From assembly GCA_043811915.1 (NCBI GenBank), contig JBDRMS010000008.1, positions 109 through 64,108 on the forward strand: a stretch of DNA of 64,000 bases. The letters run 5' to 3'. Of the stretch, positions 59,388 to 64,000 are shown in pieces; the first letter of the stretch is position 1, and each line of letters starts with the position of its first letter. This DNA comes from a bacterium. GTDB lineage: Bacteria; Patescibacteriota; Andersenbacteria; UBA10190. Made by a program: the position numbers and the translations under genes. The notes under the pieces were generated by a model. It made no database searches and had not been told where the DNA came from. It saw only the letters and a list, made by a program, of their open reading frames with translations.

Positions 59388-59834
59388 CTAAAGAGTAACA
59401 AGCCTCTCTCCGTTTGTCGCCCCGTGGGCAAACTTAATTTCCCTGGCCCCCGCTGGCATGCTTTGCCCTAATTTATCCGCCCACTCTACTACCACAACCA
59501 CGCCCTCTCTTTGTTCCAGCGCCTCCTGCACCACCGGCTCTTGGGCCGCCTCATCATCACTTAACCGATACAAATCAAGGTGAACCAGCCTCTTAATACC
59601 TGCTCGCCCCACCACGTCATACTCGGTCACTAATGTAAAAGACGGCGACGTTACCTGGTCCCCCACCCCCAGCGCCTCTGCTAATTCCTGTACAAAAGTC
59701 GTCTTGCCGCTGCCTAACTCTCCCTTTAACAACAAAACATCCCCTGGTTTCAAGCTACTTGCCACCCGTCTGGCCAAAGCGCGCATTTTATCAATGCTGT
59801 TTACCCTGAACGAAGTCGAAGGGTTAACCAACAT
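59388..59834 (-). CDS. tsaE: tRNA threonylcarbamoyladenosine biosynthesis protein TsaE (YjeE)
   Basis: GELGSGKTTF P-loop and YjeE-like length. Confidence 0.85.
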   Translation of the reverse strand: MLVNPSTSFRVNSIDKMRALARRVASSLKPGDVLLLKGELGSGKTTFVQELAEALGVGDQVTSPSFTLVTEYDVVGRAGIKRLVHLDLYRLSDDEAAQEPVVQEALEQREGVVVVVEWADKLGQSMPAGAREIKFAHGATNGERLVTL

Positions 59835-60609
59835 AAAGTAAAAAACCTGACAGTAAAAACAGATAAATAATAAACGGCCAAAACGCCACCCGCTTAATCA
59901 GTCGCAACAACAGACGTATAGCTGCCAACCCGGCCAAAAAAGAAACAGCTAAACCGATTAACAGCTGACTCACTGCAAAATTACCCGTCGTCAACGACAA
60001 TAGGCTAGCTAAACCTGCCCCGGCAATAATTGGTGCTGACAATAAAAAAGAAAATGTAGCCGCCTGGCCTCTCGACAACCCCCATGCCCGACCCGCTGCC
60101 ATCGTCATCCCCGAACGAGACACCCCTGGTACCAAAGCCACTACTTGAGCCAACCCAATAAATAGAGCAGCTCCAAAGCTAGCCCTACGTATAGTCGCCG
60201 TGCGTCGCGCTGCCACGTCAACTATCAACAAAACAATACCTGTTAAAAGCAGCCCTCCTGCTACTACTTGGGACGAGCGCAGTAAACTGCCAAACATGTT
60301 CTGCCCCAAATACCCGACCACTGCCGCCGGTACTGTGGCAATAGCCAGCTTTGCCGCCAACTCTTGTTTATCACGGCCCTCTCCATCATTTACTACCAGT
60401 CCTCGCCCTATTCCCCACCACACCCGCCAGTAATATAGCAGCACAGCCAACAACGTACCCAAGTGTAAAAAGGCGTCAAAAGCGTTACCCCCCGCATCAG
60501 GAATATCAAACAACATCCGCGCCGCCACCAAGTGCCCACTGGAGCTAATAGGCAAAAACTCCGTCAGTCCTTGGACAATAGCTAAAACAAAAACTTGCCC
60601 AATTTCCAT
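59824..60609 (-). CDS. uppP: Undecaprenyl-diphosphatase
   Basis: EFLPISSSGH and PGVSRSG BacA/UppP motifs. 8 TM segments. Confidence 0.9.
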   Translation of the reverse strand: MEIGQVFVLAIVQGLTEFLPISSSGHLVAARMLFDIPDAGGNAFDAFLHLGTLLAVLLYYWRVWWGIGRGLVVNDGEGRDKQELAAKLAIATVPAAVVGYLGQNMFGSLLRSSQVVAGGLLLTGIVLLIVDVAARRTATIRRASFGAALFIGLAQVVALVPGVSRSGMTMAAGRAWGLSRGQAATFSFLLSAPIIAGAGLASLLSLTTGNFAVSQLLIGLAVSFLAGLAAIRLLLRLIKRVAFWPFIIYLFLLSGFLLYVG

Positions 60610-60732
60610 AATACTAAGGTAAAGCCCCGCGTCGTTTATTACCAGTTACTGATTACTAGTTACCGATTACCTGGGTTATTCACATTTCCACAATTCCTTT
60701 TTTCCCGTCCAACCAGTACCATACATAGATTT

Positions 60733-61887
60733 ATGTCGTTGTCCGAATTACAACAAGCAGTCTCTCTCCTATCTCGAGCTTCCGATGTCCTGCTCACAGT
60801 CCCCCCCAAAGCACTGACTGATCCCATCGCTTCTTTAATAGCTCTTTATCTATCGCTTACCACCGGCCCCACCGGTCAAGCTCAAGATGTTGACCCGGTG
60901 AGTCCTTCCCATCTCCCTCGCTCTCTGCAATTCCTCGCTGGCTCTTCCCAAATCAAAACCGGCCCTACCGAACGCCCCGAAGTGATCCTCGACATGGCCA
61001 TTCCCCACCAAATTGAATATACCCGACAGGAAAAACTTCAAGGTGGCACCAGGTTGCACGTATCTTTTCCCACCGGGGCTACTATTACCAAAGACCAGAT
61101 GGAAATTACCGTCCGTCCCCTGCCCTACGATGCCGCCATTGTTATTGGCGCCTCCGACCTCGAGGAGCTCGGCGACCTGTTCACCAAACATGCCGATTTC
61201 TTTTATAACACTCCCATTGTCAACATCGACCACCGAGCTGCCAACGAGCACTTCGGCACCGTCAATCTGGTGGACATTACCGCTGGCTCCTGCGCCGAAG
61301 TTACCCACGACCTTATCGCCAGCCTCTGCCACGATGTCATTTCTTCCGACATCGCCACCGCCCTTTATGCTGGCATCGTCGCCGGCACTGATTCTTTTCA
61401 AAAACCCTCCACTACCCCCCGTTCCTTTCAAGTGGCAGCTCGCCTCATTGAACTGGCAGCCGACCGCGAAGCTGTTATTCAACACCTGATTAAAACCAAG
61501 CCCCTTAGCCTCATCAAATTAACCGGGGCCATCTACGCCCGCCTGCGCCACGAAGAACAGGTGGGACTCTTCTGGACTATTCTTGAGCAGAACGACTTTC
61601 AGACCAGTGGCGCCACCGAGGACGACATTCCAGCCGCCGCTACTGAACTTATCAGTAATATCGCCGGCTTTAACGCCGCCTTCCTGCTTTATCAAAAGCC
61701 CTCCATTCAAGATCAATACTCTGTCTACCTCATTCTGGGTAAGGGACTCCGCGGACGCCGCCGCGAAATACAGCAGGTTTTGTCCGCCCAAAAAGAAAAC
61801 GGGGCTCTCACCTTCAACATTATCGCTCCTTCTATAGAGGCCGCCGAGCGCGAAGCCCATAACAAAGTCAAGCAAATCCTGCCGTAG
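60733..61887 (+). CDS. DHH/DHHA1-family phosphoesterase-like protein (NrnA-like) with degenerate catalytic motifs. Start at MSLSELQQ
   Basis: Overall NrnA-like organisation. It has NIDHR in place of DHH and lacks the N-terminal DxD motif. Confidence 0.5.
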   Translation: MSLSELQQAVSLLSRASDVLLTVPPKALTDPIASLIALYLSLTTGPTGQAQDVDPVSPSHLPRSLQFLAGSSQIKTGPTERPEVILDMAIPHQIEYTRQEKLQGGTRLHVSFPTGATITKDQMEITVRPLPYDAAIVIGASDLEELGDLFTKHADFFYNTPIVNIDHRAANEHFGTVNLVDITAGSCAEVTHDLIASLCHDVISSDIATALYAGIVAGTDSFQKPSTTPRSFQVAARLIELAADREAVIQHLIKTKPLSLIKLTGAIYARLRHEEQVGLFWTILEQNDFQTSGATEDDIPAAATELISNIAGFNAAFLLYQKPSIQDQYSVYLILGKGLRGRRREIQQVLSAQKENGALTFNIIAPSIEAAEREAHNKVKQILP

Positions 61888-63555
61888 CTATTCTTCCGAA
61901 ATCCTCTCCACTTCTTCTACTGTAGTAATTTTTTCTATTACTTTTAAGTAGGCGTCCTGCGCAATTGTTGTCATACCGGCCTTTTGGGCCGCTGCCTTGA
62001 TTCTACTACTGTCTGCTTCCTGTAGGATAAGCTCCTCAATTCCACCTTTGACCGCAAAGACTTCAAACACACCGACCCGCCCTCTATATCCTGTTCCGCC
62101 ACAAGCCTTGCACCCCTTGGCTTTAGCAAACTTAAGTCCGTCTCTATCTAAAACCCGCGGATTAAAAATCTCCGGCGTCACTCCGGCCATTACTTTCGCT
62201 ATGCGCTGTCTTAATCCCACCCCTGGCTCGTATTCTTCTCTGCATTCCCGACACACCACTCGTACCAGGCGCTGAGCTATTATCACATTGAGCGCCGGCG
62301 CCAGAACATATGGCTGCACCCCGATGCCAACTGCTCGCAATATCACCCCCGGCGCATCGTTGGCATGAATAGTGGAAAACACCAGATGTCCCGTCATCGC
62401 CGCGTGAATAGAAGTCTCTGCCGTTTCAACATCACGCATCTCGCCCACAAAAATAATATCGGGGTCCTGGCGTAAAATTGAGCGCAGCCCCACTGCCATT
62501 GTATAGCCGGATCCTTCGTCCACCTCGGTTTGCTCCACTCCGGCAATACGATACTCAACCGGATCCTCCAGCGAAATAATCTTCAGTTCTGGTTTATTTA
62601 CTTCTCGCAAACAAGCCACAATCGTCGTCGTCTTGCCTGAACCGGTCGGCCCGGCTGCCAGTATCATTCCCGTGCTCTGCTTAAGTTCCCCCCTTACCAC
62701 CTCGATGTCTCTTGGCTTCATGCCCAGTTCGGACAAAGTATATACTCCCTCCTTCTGACGGCTAAACAGGCGCATCACAATATTTTCCCCAAACGCTCCA
62801 GGCAGAATAGATGCCCGTACATCATACTGATCCCCGTTCACCTGCAAAACAAAACTGCCGTCCTGCGGTACATCCTTCACGTTCAGTTTCAGCTCTGCCA
62901 GCACTTTCACTCGCGACAGTATCTGCCGCCATCCCTCCCGTGCAAATTCCGTAATATTCTGCAATACTCCGTCAACACGATAACGCAGTATTACCCCCTC
63001 CTGCCGCGGCTCAACATGAATATCCGACGCCCCCAGTCTGATTGCCCCGGCCACGATAGTAGTCAAAATTTCCGTTGGAGCCATTGCAACAATGCGCTGC
63101 CCCAGCTGTCTAAAATTCTGAATATTTTTTTCAAATTCTCCCAGCCGCTCCTGCGAAATTAACATTATGTCCCGGCGAGCCGCCCGTGATGCCGTTTTTT
63201 CCGGATAACGCGACAAGGCCACCACCAAACTATGTTGTGAAATCACATACACCTGCGGCTTTACTCCTATTTGTTCCGCTACTTCTTTCAGCAACTCGGT
63301 AACAACTTCCTGTTTAGGATTTATCGCCCCCATCCGCACATCATTTCCTTTCTTGTAAAATAACACTGCCCCCGCCGCCTGCGCCCTGTCCCGCGGCACC
63401 ATTCCCAACACAGTTACATCCATCGGAAACACCACCAAATCAATGTATGGCAAACGCAACACTCCCGCCCGATGACGCGCCAGGCGCTCCTCCTGCTGCG
63501 ACGTCAAAGACTTGAGCCGCGCCTCAATCTCCCGTCGCTGCCCATCTCGTTGCAT
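61888..63555 (-). CDS. pilB: Type IV pilus / type II secretion assembly ATPase (PilB/GspE family)
   Basis: GPTGSGKTTT Walker A, Asp box, His box, and the tetracysteine motif CRECREEY...C..C. Confidence 0.9.
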   Translation of the reverse strand: MQRDGQRREIEARLKSLTSQQEERLARHRAGVLRLPYIDLVVFPMDVTVLGMVPRDRAQAAGAVLFYKKGNDVRMGAINPKQEVVTELLKEVAEQIGVKPQVYVISQHSLVVALSRYPEKTASRAARRDIMLISQERLGEFEKNIQNFRQLGQRIVAMAPTEILTTIVAGAIRLGASDIHVEPRQEGVILRYRVDGVLQNITEFAREGWRQILSRVKVLAELKLNVKDVPQDGSFVLQVNGDQYDVRASILPGAFGENIVMRLFSRQKEGVYTLSELGMKPRDIEVVRGELKQSTGMILAAGPTGSGKTTTIVACLREVNKPELKIISLEDPVEYRIAGVEQTEVDEGSGYTMAVGLRSILRQDPDIIFVGEMRDVETAETSIHAAMTGHLVFSTIHANDAPGVILRAVGIGVQPYVLAPALNVIIAQRLVRVVCRECREEYEPGVGLRQRIAKVMAGVTPEIFNPRVLDRDGLKFAKAKGCKACGGTGYRGRVGVFEVFAVKGGIEELILQEADSSRIKAAAQKAGMTTIAQDAYLKVIEKITTVEEVERISEE

Positions 63556-63608
63556 GCAAGTAAGTATACTGCATTAACATCAACTCGGAAGTGGCGGGTG
63601 GCGCTGCT

Positions 63609-64000
63609 TTATTTCTTCAACAAACTCCGAAAAATTTTCTCCAGTTTGACTGGATCGTGAACCACCACTGCCCGCGGCACCACGTCCCCCGCCTGCGCCT
63701 TCTGTCTCTCGCTACTCACCACATTCTCCTCAATTAAATTATAGTCATGCCTCCTATTCTGAAATCGCACCCAGTCCTGCCCTGCCACCAGCTTCACTTC
63801 CTCCGGTTCTGTATTGGCCACAACTACATCAAATTTTTTCCCCAAGTAAGACTCATAAACTCGCACAAAGTCTTCGCCTTTCCATCCCGCCGTCTGTCGC
63901 GGCGTTGTCAGCAGTGTCATTACCACACCCAGCCATGCTTTGCTTTTTGCCACCGCCTCACCCAATTCCAGCAACGCCAGTGTTGGCAAGATAGTTCCAT
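63609..64000 (-). CDS. Partial gene (C-terminal part), possibly a YvcK/CofD-like (UPF0052) protein. It continues beyond the window end
   Basis: The ORF is open to the window edge. The C-terminal VVVANTEP...VVVHDPVKL resembles YvcK-family C-termini. Weak support. Confidence 0.3.
   Translation of the reverse strand, partial: GTILPTLALLELGEAVAKSKAWLGVVMTLLTTPRQTAGWKGEDFVRVYESYLGKKFDVVVANTEPEEVKLVAGQDWVRFQNRRHDYNLIEENVVSSERQKAQAGDVVPRAVVVHDPVKLEKIFRSLLKK

Overview
This 64 kb window is a compact bacterial chromosome segment with a backbone of about 50% GC. Genes are tightly packed or overlapping, and two divergent gene pairs are separated by 0 to 3 bp. Housekeeping genes span roughly 6.9 to 36.5 kb (ychF, rpsF-ssb-rpsR, recA, rodZ-like, ftsK, rpoC, rpoB, truncated tsaB, Mur ligase, FemAB, ruvA, uvrB, gmd/fcl, truB, rpsT, holA) and resume at 56.6 to 64 kb (polA, tsaE, uppP, DHH-like, pilB). 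The gene content (no rplL ahead of rpoB, minimal TsaB, RNHCP, DUF3048, a VirD4-like ATPase, a type IV pilus ATPase, many GT-C membrane glycosyltransferases) fits a small-genome and possibly Patescibacteria/CPR-like organism. That is inference only. Several compositionally distinct accessory patches interrupt this backbone.

First, 1 to 6840. An IS3-family element (orfA, an A7G slippery site, orfB) sits at 1425..2558, and a matching IS end lies at the window start. The two flank a high-GC hypothetical gene. A low-GC XRE regulator plus 8-TM membrane protein pair follows, with the membrane protein's C-terminus rewritten by the IS terminus. Next is a high-GC cassette: a pol-beta/CCA-type nucleotidyltransferase translationally coupled to a fused transketolase-like TPP enzyme, behind a long structured leader.

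Second, 36.6 to 40.7 kb. A three-gene operon ends in a VirD4/TraG-like coupling ATPase.

Third, 42.1 to 46.0 kb. A tasA/sipW/tapA-like locus in which a SipW-type signal peptidase is fused in frame to a SipW-cognate signal peptide plus a lamin-tail domain.

Fourth, 46.2 to 48.4 kb. A low-GC islet carrying a RelE/ParE-like toxin with a Panacea-domain antitoxin, and a MerR-HTH GHKL-ATPase with a DUF4325 (STAS-like) partner and a palindromic operator.

Fifth, 48.5 to 51.5 kb. A high-GC NHL-repeat protein and a DUF4349 protein.

Sixth, 51.6 to 56.5 kb. An exopolysaccharide-type locus with a membrane-domain/GH5 fusion and a double GT2 fusion.

No rRNA, tRNA or CRISPR array was recognised. All GC statements are by eye. 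No database searches were run.
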